NCBI GenBank assembly: GCA_045612385.1 | Contig: JAZKYZ010000064.1 | Span: 196-64,195 of the forward strand | DNA length: 64,000 nucleotides | From: Eubacteriales bacterium | Lineage (GTDB): Bacteria > Bacillota > Clostridia > Oscillospirales > CAG-272 | Direction of reading: 5' to 3' | Shown here: positions 46,351 to 56,365 of the stretch, piece after piece | How positions within the stretch are numbered: the stretch's first letter is position 1 | How the letters are laid out: every line of letters begins with the position of its first letter | Translations under genes and position numbers: made by a program | Notes under the pieces: model-generated | Database searches by the model: none | What the model was told of the DNA's origin: nothing | Seen by the model: the letters and a program-made list of their open reading frames with translations, nothing else

Positions 46351-47127
46351 TTATAAACTCTTTTCTATGTCCTCAATAATAGCGCGAATTGCTCCGTGAG
46401 AGGAGGGAACAGTGATACGGTCTGCTACTGCCTTGAGAGCTTCACAAGCATTGCCGACGGCGTAACCAATGTCTGCTCCTTCTACCATAGAAATATCATT
46501 CTCAAAATCACCGACACAAATCAGTGTATGCGCCCCGAGCGCCTTTTTGAGCTGATGAGAGGCTGAACGTTTGGAGCCGTATTTTGGTATCACTTCAAGA
46601 CAGGAAACATAGCTTCTCACAATCTCGACGGGCTCATCTCTGTATTTTTCTCTCAGCATTCGAGTGAATTCTTCCTCATCAATGCTTGGAATAAGGTGAA
46701 GGCCAGCTTTAGAAATGGAGCGCCCCATTATTTGTGCTCTTTGCTCTCTGTATTCTTCTATGGAGAAGGTCATAAAGGACTTTTCATTGGCAAAGTGAAA
46801 AAACACATCGCGCGCATTTTCACACAAATCTACAATCTCTTGGTAGAGTTTCTTTAGTTTTTCTGTGTATTCGGTATAGAATAGCACATCCCCTGTACGA
46901 AGGTCGACAGCCTTTGCTCCACCAAGGCCGACTACATATGTGTTCGGCTCAATTTGTTCTTGAAATTGACGGAGATATTCGGGGTTTCTTCCTGAGCAAA
47001 TGGTGAAATATCCACCATTACTTTGAAAATATCGTATTGCCTCTAAGTTTGCTTGTACCAAATGTCCTTCGCTTGTTAATGTGTTATCCAGATCCGAACA
47101 AATCAGATAACCATCAAATTTTCCCAT
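46351..47127 (-). CDS. Cof-type HAD-IIB phosphatase
   Basis: LICSDLDNTL (DxD motif) and the GDFENDISM motif IV. Confidence 0.8.
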   Translation of the reverse strand: MGKFDGYLICSDLDNTLTSEGHLVQANLEAIRYFQSNGGYFTICSGRNPEYLRQFQEQIEPNTYVVGLGGAKAVDLRTGDVLFYTEYTEKLKKLYQEIVDLCENARDVFFHFANEKSFMTFSIEEYREQRAQIMGRSISKAGLHLIPSIDEEEFTRMLREKYRDEPVEIVRSYVSCLEVIPKYGSKRSASHQLKKALGAHTLICVGDFENDISMVEGADIGYAVGNACEALKAVADRITVPSSHGAIRAIIEDIEKSL

Positions 47128-47133
47128 ATATCC

Positions 47134-47910
47134 TCACAATCCCACGAAATAACCGTCATAGCAAAGGGTAAGAGCATTCTCCTCCGCATATGGAAGCCAA
47201 TCTTCGTGATTTTTTTTCTTTTTATCCGTCGGCAGATTGGCAACAATAAATCGACAGTGTTCTGACGTTACCCCTCCACTTTGGAGAATTCTTTTGGTTA
47301 GTGTTGCGCCCTCAAGAGAGAGCGCCTCAAAATCATCTGCTCCAAAAGGTAAATCTCCACGACTGCCATCAAGGACCACGACATCAAGCTTCATACTCTC
47401 GTCTGAACTTAATTTTCCAAGCAACTGCCACGTATCGTAGCGAATCATTCCACCGGGCGTCGCATAAAACATATTTTTATCTCGGTTGATATAAAAACCG
47501 ATAGGACATTCTCTTGTATTTTTTGTTTTGTGACCAAGTGGGAGTGGCAATATTTTGTATTCCCCAATCTGCGTGAGATTGAAGGGTGTGAGATAAGCTG
47601 CGCGTACGCCCGAACATTCCGAAAGTTGATTTAAAACAAAAGCGCTTGCTAACACGGGAATGGCGTTGCGTTCTGTCAGCTTCGCAATCGCTTCTATGTC
47701 AAGAGAGAGCGTGTCCGTCACTAAAATAGCCGTAATGCGACGGAACATTCCCGTAAGATTGAAGGTTGCCTCAAAATCGAAAATATCCATTGTCGGATTG
47801 ATAAGAATTTTCTCGTCCACAAAAAGCGTGGTGCGACGGCGATATTCCTTCGTGTTTTTCTTTTTAATTCTGCATCCTTCAGTGCCTGAACCAAGAAATC
47901 GTAAAATCAT
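47134..47910 (-). CDS. Metallo-beta-lactamase-fold-like protein with a degenerate metal motif
   Basis: MILRFLGSGTEG... N-terminus is MBL/PhnP-like, but TDTLSLD replaces the expected HxHxDH. Confidence 0.45.
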   Translation of the reverse strand: MILRFLGSGTEGCRIKKKNTKEYRRRTTLFVDEKILINPTMDIFDFEATFNLTGMFRRITAILVTDTLSLDIEAIAKLTERNAIPVLASAFVLNQLSECSGVRAAYLTPFNLTQIGEYKILPLPLGHKTKNTRECPIGFYINRDKNMFYATPGGMIRYDTWQLLGKLSSDESMKLDVVVLDGSRGDLPFGADDFEALSLEGATLTKRILQSGGVTSEHCRFIVANLPTDKKKKNHEDWLPYAEENALTLCYDGYFVGL

Positions 47911-48908
47911 TTTTGACTTACCCGATATGCCGTAACCTGACGATAAACTTCACCTGCCTGATAGAAGCCTTGACCGTGATTGATGATGTTTGGTTCCGTT
48001 TGCGCTTCCAGACAGAAAGCGCCGTGCTGTACGGGAGGGATGTTTCCCGAAAAGGCTTCGCCATTTCCAAGGAAGTTGCCGATATAGAACTGAATGCCGG
48101 GTGTATCCGTATATACACGCATTTTGAGCGTTTTACCCGTAACCTCTGCGACAAGAGGAAGGATTGTTCCCATCACATCCTCCGAGACGGTAGGAGAAAG
48201 CACATAGTTGTGGTCATAACCGATAAAATCTCCACCAATTCTTTCGCCAATCGTGTGAGGCTCGGTAAAATCAAACACCGTACCCTTGACGGGCAGATTG
48301 GCATAAGGTATCATATTCTCGTTGATTTCGGAATATTTGTCAGCATAAATGAGTGCGATATGCTCTTTGATGGTGCCACCAAAGCCATCCAGATTGAAGT
48401 AGGAGTGGTTTGTCAGCGCAATCGGTGTTTTTCCTTCAGGCACTGCTTCATATTCGAGTTTTAAGGTGGCTTCCTCTAACGTATATCGTACCTTCACCGT
48501 CAGCGCATTCGGAAAGCCCTCCTCGCCGTCTTTGGAGTGATAGGAGAGCAAAATTGAGTTCTCCGAGTATTCCTCAACGGTCCATATACGTCTGTCAAAG
48601 CCACAGGAGCCACCGTGCAGACAGTTCGTATCGGAATTCTGCTCCAGCGTGTATTTTACGCCATCCATTGTAAAAGTGCCATCGGCAATGCGATTGGCAA
48701 CACGGCCAATCAGTGCGCCTTGGTGAGAATCGTCCTTCAAATATGCATCCAGTGTGTCAAACCCTCCCACGATAGAAATACCGTAGGCGACAAAAGAACG
48801 TATCGCGCCACCAAAGGTTATGATTTCCACACTTGCCACATCTGTTTTCAGATGATATAATTCCACTGCTTCTCCAGAAGGAAGATAGCCAAAAATATCT
48901 TTTTTCAT
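47907..48908 (-). CDS. galM: Aldose 1-epimerase (galactose mutarotase)
   Basis: GRVANRI, LHGG, TNHSYFNL and EPQ-like (CLEAQ) motifs. Confidence 0.85.
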   Translation of the reverse strand: MKKDIFGYLPSGEAVELYHLKTDVASVEIITFGGAIRSFVAYGISIVGGFDTLDAYLKDDSHQGALIGRVANRIADGTFTMDGVKYTLEQNSDTNCLHGGSCGFDRRIWTVEEYSENSILLSYHSKDGEEGFPNALTVKVRYTLEEATLKLEYEAVPEGKTPIALTNHSYFNLDGFGGTIKEHIALIYADKYSEINENMIPYANLPVKGTVFDFTEPHTIGERIGGDFIGYDHNYVLSPTVSEDVMGTILPLVAEVTGKTLKMRVYTDTPGIQFYIGNFLGNGEAFSGNIPPVQHGAFCLEAQTEPNIINHGQGFYQAGEVYRQVTAYRVSQK

Positions 48909-49058
48909 CAGAGTTACCTCGCAAATTTTATCAACTCAATTATACACGTCAAAACCAAAAAAGTCAATATAAATAAGAGAAAACTCAAGACAAAAAACTT
49001 GACAAACTACACCTGTTGTGCTACAATGAAACCAATAAGACGAAAGGCAGTCTATCCT

Positions 49059-49574
49059 ATGAAAAAAATAGCCATCGTAATCAATGGTCGTGGTGGCGTC
49101 GGTAAAGACACCCTCTGTGACCTTGCTGCGCGACATTTTCGTGTAAAAAATATCTCCTCCGTTACTCCCATCAAAGAAATTGCCACTATGTGTGGCTGGG
49201 ATGGACGAAAGGATCCGAAGAGCCGTAAATTCCTCTCCGATTTGAAGAAACTCACGATTGAATTTAACGATTTTCCCACCGATTGGGCATATCGTGAATA
49301 TCTTGAATTTCTTGAGAGCGACAAGGAAGTATTCTTTGTCCATATCCGAGAGGGTGTCGAAATTCAGAAATTCATCGATCGCACGGGAGGAAGAGCCGTT
49401 GCTCTTTTAATTCGTGGTGGCGAGAGAATGCGTGGTGGCGCTCTCGGAAACGCCTCGGATGACGAGGTCGAAAACTTTACCTATGATTACTATTACATAA
49501 ATGAAAAAACACTGGAAGAGGCAGAAATTGAATTTGTCGCTTTGCTTCACAAGATGATGGAGGAAGTACAATGA
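49059..49574 (+). CDS. P-loop NTPase resembling deoxynucleoside-monophosphate kinases
   Basis: MKKIAIVINGRGGVGKDT (Walker A). 171 aa. TTGACA, 17 nt, TACAAT lies upstream. Confidence 0.55.
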   Translation: MKKIAIVINGRGGVGKDTLCDLAARHFRVKNISSVTPIKEIATMCGWDGRKDPKSRKFLSDLKKLTIEFNDFPTDWAYREYLEFLESDKEVFFVHIREGVEIQKFIDRTGGRAVALLIRGGERMRGGALGNASDDEVENFTYDYYYINEKTLEEAEIEFVALLHKMMEEVQ

Positions 49575-51256
49575 TTCGCGAGAATAAGTATTTGCCTTCA
49601 ATGACAGAAGAACGCTTTGAACGTTTTAAAACGGACCCTTATTTCAAATCCTTCCGTGAAAATCTTTTGAAGGAAGCAAGAGAAAAGGTGGCCACCCCTC
49701 CCCCTTATGTTCGCTTTTCAGAACTCGACCTTTTTCGCGTAAATGGTGACAGAAAGACCTTCGAGAATGTATTTGCTGAATACCAGCATCGCATCGGACT
49801 GTACGCGATGGCATATCTTCTCACTGAGGACCAAGTATTTCTCCCTCACCTTGCCGATATTCTATGGAGTTTTTGTGACTTTGAAACGTGGTCTCTTCAG
49901 GCGCATTGTAATTTCGAAGATACCGTAGCTCGCCGTGAGCATATTGATCTCGGCGCCGCGATGCAAGGATTGATTATCGCAGAGATTCTTTATCTTCTTG
50001 AAGATAAACTTCCTGAGCGCTTGACGAAGAGAGTTCATCACGAGTTGCGCGCCCGTATCGTTGAGGCGTTCAAAAAACGCCAGTACCATTGGTATTTCAA
50101 TACGCAGAATAACTGGGCAGCCGTGATTGCATCGGGTGTATTTGGCGTTTATCTTTATGAAGCGACCGAAGAAGAAATCGAAGAGCAACTTCCTGTAATG
50201 CGCCGTTTGATTGACAATTACCTGCTTGGATTTGATGATGAGGGTTGTTGCAAGGAAGGCTTTGCCTATTGGGTATATGGCTTTGAACACTTTTGCATAT
50301 TTGTGGAGCTTCTTCGTGCCTATACCGATGGAAAAGAAGACCTCTTCCGACTGCCGAAGGTCCGTGCCATTGCCCACTTCCAGGACAACGCTACTCTGGA
50401 TGAAAAGCACGTCATTCCATTCTCCGATTGTGGTAGCAAATTCTCTCCTGCGATCTATCTTTCTCATTTTCTCAAAAAAGAATTCCCTGATTGTATCGTT
50501 CCCGAAGCGCCTCTTCATTGCTCTTATTACAATCCTCGTTTTATTATGTGGATGGACGCAGATATCGAGGGTGAAAAACTTGTGCAGAAGAGTCATATCT
50601 TCCACGAAAACCAATGGTTTATTTTCAAAAGCCCGAAGTATAATATGGCATGCAAGGCGGGAAACAATGGTGAATTCCATAACCACAACGATGTTGGGAC
50701 CTTCGTCATCTCCAAAAATGGTGAGATTACCCTGACCGACCTTGGAGGAGCAAAGTATTGTAAACAGTATTTCTCTGACGAGAGATATACCTTCCTTGAG
50801 GCCTCTTCGCGTGGTCACTCCGTCCCCATTGTCAATGGTATTCTACAAAACGCAGACAACCATCCCGAACTTCGGACAGCCAATGTCTATGTGGAGCGTG
50901 AAAACGAGTATGCTTTTTCGATGGAGCAGAACTATGAAGACGAGACCCTTCGCACACTCACCCGACATTTCCTCTGCGAGAGGGATGCACTTGTTCTTAC
51001 GGATACCTATGAATTCAGTGAAGCACCAAAGTCCATAACAGAGCGTTTTGTGTCTACCACACCTCCTTCTCTGATTGAAGAGGGCAGGGTGCAGATTGGT
51101 GAAACCATCCTTCTTTACGACAAGGATGCCCTTACATTGACCTTTGGTGGAGAGTCAAGTTCCTATTGTACGGATGGCTCTATTAACGTCTTTTTCACAG
51201 ACTTTTGCCCAAAACAATGTAGCGAAAGAATGACTTTCACATTTCGCTTTGTTTAA
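49571..51256 (+). CDS. Heparinase II/III-like family protein
   Basis: HNHNDVGTFVISKNGE...SSRGHSVPIVNG resembles the heparinase II/III C-terminal signature. ATGA overlap with the upstream gene. Confidence 0.65.
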   Translation: MIRENKYLPSMTEERFERFKTDPYFKSFRENLLKEAREKVATPPPYVRFSELDLFRVNGDRKTFENVFAEYQHRIGLYAMAYLLTEDQVFLPHLADILWSFCDFETWSLQAHCNFEDTVARREHIDLGAAMQGLIIAEILYLLEDKLPERLTKRVHHELRARIVEAFKKRQYHWYFNTQNNWAAVIASGVFGVYLYEATEEEIEEQLPVMRRLIDNYLLGFDDEGCCKEGFAYWVYGFEHFCIFVELLRAYTDGKEDLFRLPKVRAIAHFQDNATLDEKHVIPFSDCGSKFSPAIYLSHFLKKEFPDCIVPEAPLHCSYYNPRFIMWMDADIEGEKLVQKSHIFHENQWFIFKSPKYNMACKAGNNGEFHNHNDVGTFVISKNGEITLTDLGGAKYCKQYFSDERYTFLEASSRGHSVPIVNGILQNADNHPELRTANVYVERENEYAFSMEQNYEDETLRTLTRHFLCERDALVLTDTYEFSEAPKSITERFVSTTPPSLIEEGRVQIGETILLYDKDALTLTFGGESSSYCTDGSINVFFTDFCPKQCSERMTFTFRFV

Positions 51257-51383
51257 TTTTCTAAAAAACGGCGATTTTTTCGCCGTTTTTTTGTTTTAGA
51301 TTGAACGAGAAAATTTGTCGAAACCTGTTGACTTTGATGTCTGAGTATGATATAATCAAAAATGTTAAGAATAACTCTATCTA

Positions 51384-51500
51384 CCAATATAAATTCATGA
51401 TTATGGTTTGAATGTTTCTACCGCACACCAAGATGCGACTATTGGGAATCACGGGGAAACTATTTTTATTCGCAGACCATAGGTCTGCTTTTTGCTTTTT
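51384..51500 (+). promoter_or_regulatory. Purine (guanine-class) riboswitch with terminator
   Basis: CCAATATAAATTCATGATTATGGTTTGAATGTTTCTACCGCACACCAAGATGCGACTATTGG matches the purine aptamer core, with C at the specificity position (GAC-UAU). Followed by GCAGACC-ATA-GGTCTGC-TTTTT. Confidence 0.8.
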
Positions 51501-51511
51501 TGGAGGTTTTT

Positions 51512-52087
51512 ATGAAACTGATGGAAGAAAAAATCCTTCGGGAAGGTACCGTCCTTCCTGGGAACATTCTGAAGGTCGGTTCTTTTTTGAATCAACAGCT
51601 TGATACTGCCTTTCTTGCCGAGGCGACGCGTGAGTTCGCTCGTCTTTTTAAGGATGCTGGTGTGACTAAGGTTATGACGATTGAAGCGTCTGGTATCGCT
51701 TTGGCAACGCTGACGGCATTTTGGCTCGGCGTCCCTTGCGTGATTGTGAAAAAACACGCATCAGCAAACTTGTCGAAGGCGCTCTACACGACAGAAATCA
51801 CTTCCTTTACTCATAATAATACATATACGGCAGTTGTTGCAAAAGAGTATATCCACGCTGACGATCACATTTTGATTGTGGATGATTTCCTTGCTGTCGG
51901 AAATGCGATTATCGGTTTGCGCGATATCATTGCGCAGGCTGGAGCGACCCTTGCTGGTTGCGCTATCGCTATCGAAAAGGCCTTTCAAGGTGGAGGAGAT
52001 GCCCTTCGTGCCGAAGGTGTGCGCGTGGAATCTCTCGCTATTGTGGAGTCAATGTCGGATGACTCTCTCACCTTTCGCCATTCCTAA
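51512..52087 (+). CDS. xpt: Xanthine phosphoribosyltransferase
   Basis: MKLMEEKILREGTVLPGNILKVGSFLNQQLD... and the PRPP motif ILIVDDFLAVGNA. Confidence 0.9.
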   Translation: MKLMEEKILREGTVLPGNILKVGSFLNQQLDTAFLAEATREFARLFKDAGVTKVMTIEASGIALATLTAFWLGVPCVIVKKHASANLSKALYTTEITSFTHNNTYTAVVAKEYIHADDHILIVDDFLAVGNAIIGLRDIIAQAGATLAGCAIAIEKAFQGGGDALRAEGVRVESLAIVESMSDDSLTFRHS

Positions 52088-52140
52088 GTTTACTTCGAGC
52101 AGCGTCTCGTGTAAAAAATATTTTTTTAGGAGGAACATCT

Positions 52141-53352
52141 ATGTTCAAGAAAATCCTTTCCCTTGTGCTTGTAATGGCACTCGCTCTTGCAGTATGTCTT
52201 TCCCTCGCATCTTGTAACAAGGAAGATGAATTCAAACTTGGCGTTATTCTTCTTCACGACGAAGCTTCCACTTACGACAAGAATTTCCTTGAGGCAGTGG
52301 AAAGAGCAAAGGTGCAACTCGGTCTTACCGATAGCCAGGTTCTTTATAAGAAGAACATCCCCGAAGGCAATGAGTGCTACGAGGCTGCTGCAGACCTTGT
52401 TGACCAGGGCTGTGACATCATCTTTGCAGACTCCTTTGGTCATGAGGACTATATGATCAAGGCTGCAAAAGAATTCCCCGAAGTAGAATTCTGCCACGCA
52501 ACTGGTACGAAGGCTCACACCGAAAACCTTCCTAACTTCCACAATGCATTTGCATCTATCTATGAAGGTAGATTCCTTGCAGGTGTTGCTGCAGGTCTTA
52601 AACTCAATGAGATGATCGAAGATGGCACCATCACAGCTGATGAGGCTAAGATGGGTTATGTTGGCGCATTCACCTATGCAGAGGTTATTTCTGGTTACAC
52701 CTCCTTCTATCTTGGTGCAAAATCCGTTTGCCCCTCTGTAACGATGGCAGTTCAGTTTACTGGTTCTTGGTATGATGAAAACCTTGAAAGAGATGCTGCT
52801 ACCGCTTTGATCGAAAACGAGAACTGTGTATTGATTTCTCAGCACGCTGACTCTATGGGCGCTCCTTCCGTTTGTGAAGATAAGGGTGTTCCTAATGTTT
52901 CCTACAATGGTTCCACCATCACCTCTTGCCCAGAAACGTTTATCGTATCTTCCAAAATCGACTGGACTCCTTACTTCGTATATATTTGCGAGCAGGTTCA
53001 GGCTGGTGAGGAAATCGCTGTTGACTGGACTGGTACTCTTTCCACCGGTTCCGTTGCTCTTTCTGATGTAAACACCGCTGCTGCAGCTGAAGGCACTGCT
53101 GCTTACCTTGAAACTGTAAAGGCAAAGCTCATCTCCGGCGAAATTAAAGTATTCGACGTGGATACCTTCACTGTTGCTGGAAACAAAATTGCTGATGATC
53201 ACAAAGCAGACGTAGATACCGACGCTGCCTTCACTGCCGATACTGAAGTTGTTGAAAATGGCGTATTTGAAGAATCCAAGTATCGTAGCGCTCCCTACTT
53301 CGATCTTTGGATTGATGGCATTGAACTTGTTAACACAAACTTCGGTGAGTAA
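52141..53352 (+). CDS. BMP-family (nucleoside-binding) ABC substrate-binding lipoprotein
   Basis: Lipobox LASC, with a Med/PnrA-like body (GVILLHDE..., GYVGAFTYAEV). Confidence 0.8.
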   Translation: MFKKILSLVLVMALALAVCLSLASCNKEDEFKLGVILLHDEASTYDKNFLEAVERAKVQLGLTDSQVLYKKNIPEGNECYEAAADLVDQGCDIIFADSFGHEDYMIKAAKEFPEVEFCHATGTKAHTENLPNFHNAFASIYEGRFLAGVAAGLKLNEMIEDGTITADEAKMGYVGAFTYAEVISGYTSFYLGAKSVCPSVTMAVQFTGSWYDENLERDAATALIENENCVLISQHADSMGAPSVCEDKGVPNVSYNGSTITSCPETFIVSSKIDWTPYFVYICEQVQAGEEIAVDWTGTLSTGSVALSDVNTAAAAEGTAAYLETVKAKLISGEIKVFDVDTFTVAGNKIADDHKADVDTDAAFTADTEVVENGVFEESKYRSAPYFDLWIDGIELVNTNFGE

Positions 53353-53495
53353 TTTTTTTAAAAATTAGTCTAAATGAGGGTGCCACGCCTGATATGTGGC
53401 ACCCTTATATTCAATTTTCAGCACCCCATTACCTATCCCCGTTTTATATAGGAAAATTTGGGATGCATATCTATTTCGCCACAAAAGGAGAAAAT

Positions 53496-55205
53496 ATGGA
53501 AAAACCGATCGCATTCGAAATGAAGGGCATAACGAAAACCTTCGGCAGTGTTGTTGCAAACAACAATGTAGATCTTACCGTTTATCGTGGAGAAATTCTT
53601 GCCATTCTTGGAGAGAATGGCTGTGGAAAAACTACCCTTATGAATATGATTGCGGGTATATATTGTCCGGATGCCGGTACCATCCGTATTGGTGGCGAGA
53701 CAGTGGATATCCGTTCGCCTAAGGATGCGTTTGCTCACGGTATCGGTATGATTCACCAGCATTTCAAACTCGTGGATCTGTTCAGCGCCGCAGAGAACAT
53801 TACGCTTGGAATTGACGAGAAAGAGCGTTACGATATTAAAAAGGTCTCGACACAAGTGCAGGAAATTGCTGACAAATATGGCTTTGTTGTCGACCCGTCA
53901 AAAAAGATTTACGATATGTCCGTTTCGGAAAAGCAGACGGTAGAAATTTTGAAGGTTCTGTATCGTGGCGCAGATATCTTGATTTTAGATGAACCGACTG
54001 CCGTTCTCACACCTCAGGAAACGCAAAAGCTTTTTGATGTATTGCGTCGTATGAGGGAGGATGGAAAATCCATTTTGATTATCACTCACAAGCTTCACGA
54101 GGTAATGGCAATCTCTGATAGAGTCGCCGTTCTTCGTCGTGGCGAGCATATCGCAACTGTAGAAACCCAAAAAACCACGCCTGAAGAGCTTACCGAAATG
54201 ATGGTAGGCAAAAAGGTTGCCCTGAATATTGATCGTCCTGATCCCGAAAATATCTCGGAAAGACTAATCGTAAGATCTTTGAATCTGACAAGCCCGGATG
54301 GTATCAAAATTCTGGAGAATATATCCTTCGTAGCGAATGGTGGAGAGATTCTTGGTATCGCTGGCATTGCAGGATCAGGTCAGCGTGAACTTCTCGAAGC
54401 CATTGCAGGATTAAAACATCTCGACTCGGGTGAAATTATTTTTAATCGCCCAAAGAAAAACCTTCCGGTTTCCTTCTATCATAAGACATTCGCACAGGTG
54501 GTAGAACTTGCGGCAGAAGGGAAGTTCCATTACGAAGATGGAACACCCGTTGACTTTACGGGAATGCGTTCCTCGCAAATTCGCGCGCTGGTAAACGCAG
54601 AAAAAGTATTGTTTAATGAAGACGAGGTGATGAACCTCTGTGACAAAACACCTCTTCAGATACGCGAACTTGGTGTACGACTTTCCTTTGTTCCTGAGGA
54701 CCGTCTTGGTATGGGACTTGTAGGAAATATGGACATCATTGATAATATGATGTTAAGAAGCTATCGACGTGGCCACTCTATGTTTGTAGACAGAAAAGCA
54801 CCGTCAGTTCTTGCAGATCGAATTGTATCTGACCTTGAGGTTATGACGCCGAGCACACATACCCCCGTTCGTCGTCTTTCTGGTGGTAATGTACAGAAAG
54901 TACTTGTCGGCCGTGAAATCGCAGCGGCACCCACCGTTCTTATGGCTGCTTATCCCGTACGAGGTTTGGATATCAATTCCTCGTATACGATATATAGATT
55001 GCTCACCGAACAGAAAAAACGTGGTGTTGCAGTCATTTTTGTCGGTGAAGACCTTGACGTATTGCTTGAACTTTGCGACAGAATTCTTGTCATTTGCGCT
55101 GGTCGTGTTTCTGGTATTTTGGATGGCAGAACAGCGACAAAAGAAGAAGTCGGTCTTCTTATGACGAAAACCGATATAGAGGAAGAAAAAGGAGGGGAGT
55201 GCTGA
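53496..55205 (+). CDS. Two-domain ABC ATPase of the BMP/nucleoside uptake system
   Basis: GENGCGKTT and GIAGSGQRE Walker A motifs and two signature/Walker B sets. GGAG RBS precedes ATG 53496. Confidence 0.9.
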   Translation: MEKPIAFEMKGITKTFGSVVANNNVDLTVYRGEILAILGENGCGKTTLMNMIAGIYCPDAGTIRIGGETVDIRSPKDAFAHGIGMIHQHFKLVDLFSAAENITLGIDEKERYDIKKVSTQVQEIADKYGFVVDPSKKIYDMSVSEKQTVEILKVLYRGADILILDEPTAVLTPQETQKLFDVLRRMREDGKSILIITHKLHEVMAISDRVAVLRRGEHIATVETQKTTPEELTEMMVGKKVALNIDRPDPENISERLIVRSLNLTSPDGIKILENISFVANGGEILGIAGIAGSGQRELLEAIAGLKHLDSGEIIFNRPKKNLPVSFYHKTFAQVVELAAEGKFHYEDGTPVDFTGMRSSQIRALVNAEKVLFNEDEVMNLCDKTPLQIRELGVRLSFVPEDRLGMGLVGNMDIIDNMMLRSYRRGHSMFVDRKAPSVLADRIVSDLEVMTPSTHTPVRRLSGGNVQKVLVGREIAAAPTVLMAAYPVRGLDINSSYTIYRLLTEQKKRGVAVIFVGEDLDVLLELCDRILVICAGRVSGILDGRTATKEEVGLLMTKTDIEEEKGGEC

Positions 55206-56365
55206 TGGAAAAAATCAAAACGTTTTTCAAAAAGGCTTGGTCGTTTGTAAAAAACGGCGCTATCAAAGCCGCCAGAGCGACAAAATCCTTCCTTAAGGAA
55301 CCACCCTTTCACGTGGTAAAACGCGCTCAGATATCTATGAAAAAGGCAATGCTGATTCGTGTTATCGCTATCGTTTCGGCTCTTCTTCTTTGTTCCATTC
55401 TTTCTACCGTGTTGATTGGTGCAAATCCAATTAAATTTTTAACTACTCTCTTTGATGGTGCTTTTGGCTCCAAGAGAAGAATATGGAAACTTGCAAAGGA
55501 CACCGCAGTGCTTCTTTGTATCTCAATCGCCGTCACACCTGCTTTCCGTATGCGCTTTTGGAACATTGGCGCAGAAGGACAGACACTTGTGGGCGCACTT
55601 GCTTCGGCAGCCGTTGCGCATTATCTTGGTGGAAAAATGCCGAATGGCGTGCTTCTGCTTCTGATGTTTGTTGCCGCTGTTGTTGTCGGGGCAGTTTGGG
55701 GTGGCATTCCCGCCATCTTTAAGGCAAAATGGAACACCAATGAAACACTCTTTACCTTGATGATGAATTACATTGCGTCGGGAATCGTTGCCTATTTTCT
55801 CCTGCTTTGGACGCCAAGTGGTTCGAGCGTTCTTGGTGAACTCCCTCACGGTCATATGCCCTCTATCATCAATGATTATTTCCCATTGATTGTGGCTGTA
55901 TTGATTTTGACCGTTCTTCTTTTCGTCTATTTGCGTTATGCAAAACACGGATATGAAATCTCCGTTGTGGGCGAAAGTGAAAATACGGCAAAATATGTTG
56001 GTATCAATGTCGGAAAAGTTATCGTACGTACTATGCTGATTTCTGGCGCCATCTGTGGAATTGCTGGTTTCCTTATCGTCAGCGCCCTCGACCACTCGGT
56101 TTCAGAAACGACGGTAGGTGGTCTTGGATTTACGGCGATTATGGCATCCTGGCTTGCGAAATTTAATCCTCTTGTTATGATCGGCTCCTCGCTGTTTATC
56201 GTGTTCCTCAATCAGGGCGCACAGCAAATTACCACCACCTTCAATATCGCCTCTGCTTTCCCCGATATGGTGGTCGGTATCGTACTTTTCTTTATTATCG
56301 GATGTGAATTTTTCATCAATTACGCATTAAAGCGTAAGGAAAAAACAAACAAGGAGGGCGCTTAA
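55205..56365 (+). CDS. ABC permease (nucleoside/simple-sugar type)
   Basis: ATG overlaps the upstream TGA. Multi-TM protein with NIGAEGQ, typical of the family. Confidence 0.85.
   Translation: MEKIKTFFKKAWSFVKNGAIKAARATKSFLKEPPFHVVKRAQISMKKAMLIRVIAIVSALLLCSILSTVLIGANPIKFLTTLFDGAFGSKRRIWKLAKDTAVLLCISIAVTPAFRMRFWNIGAEGQTLVGALASAAVAHYLGGKMPNGVLLLLMFVAAVVVGAVWGGIPAIFKAKWNTNETLFTLMMNYIASGIVAYFLLLWTPSGSSVLGELPHGHMPSIINDYFPLIVAVLILTVLLFVYLRYAKHGYEISVVGESENTAKYVGINVGKVIVRTMLISGAICGIAGFLIVSALDHSVSETTVGGLGFTAIMASWLAKFNPLVMIGSSLFIVFLNQGAQQITTTFNIASAFPDMVVGIVLFFIIGCEFFINYALKRKEKTNKEGA

Noticed and set aside
49862-50818. 318-aa minus-strand ORF inside the heparinase-like gene
   Set aside because: Antisense shadow ORF. 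The plus-strand protein has family motifs and operon context.
52126-53202. 358-aa minus-strand ORF antisense to the BMP lipoprotein gene
   Set aside because: The sense-strand gene has a clear family signature and a lipobox. The antisense translation is featureless.
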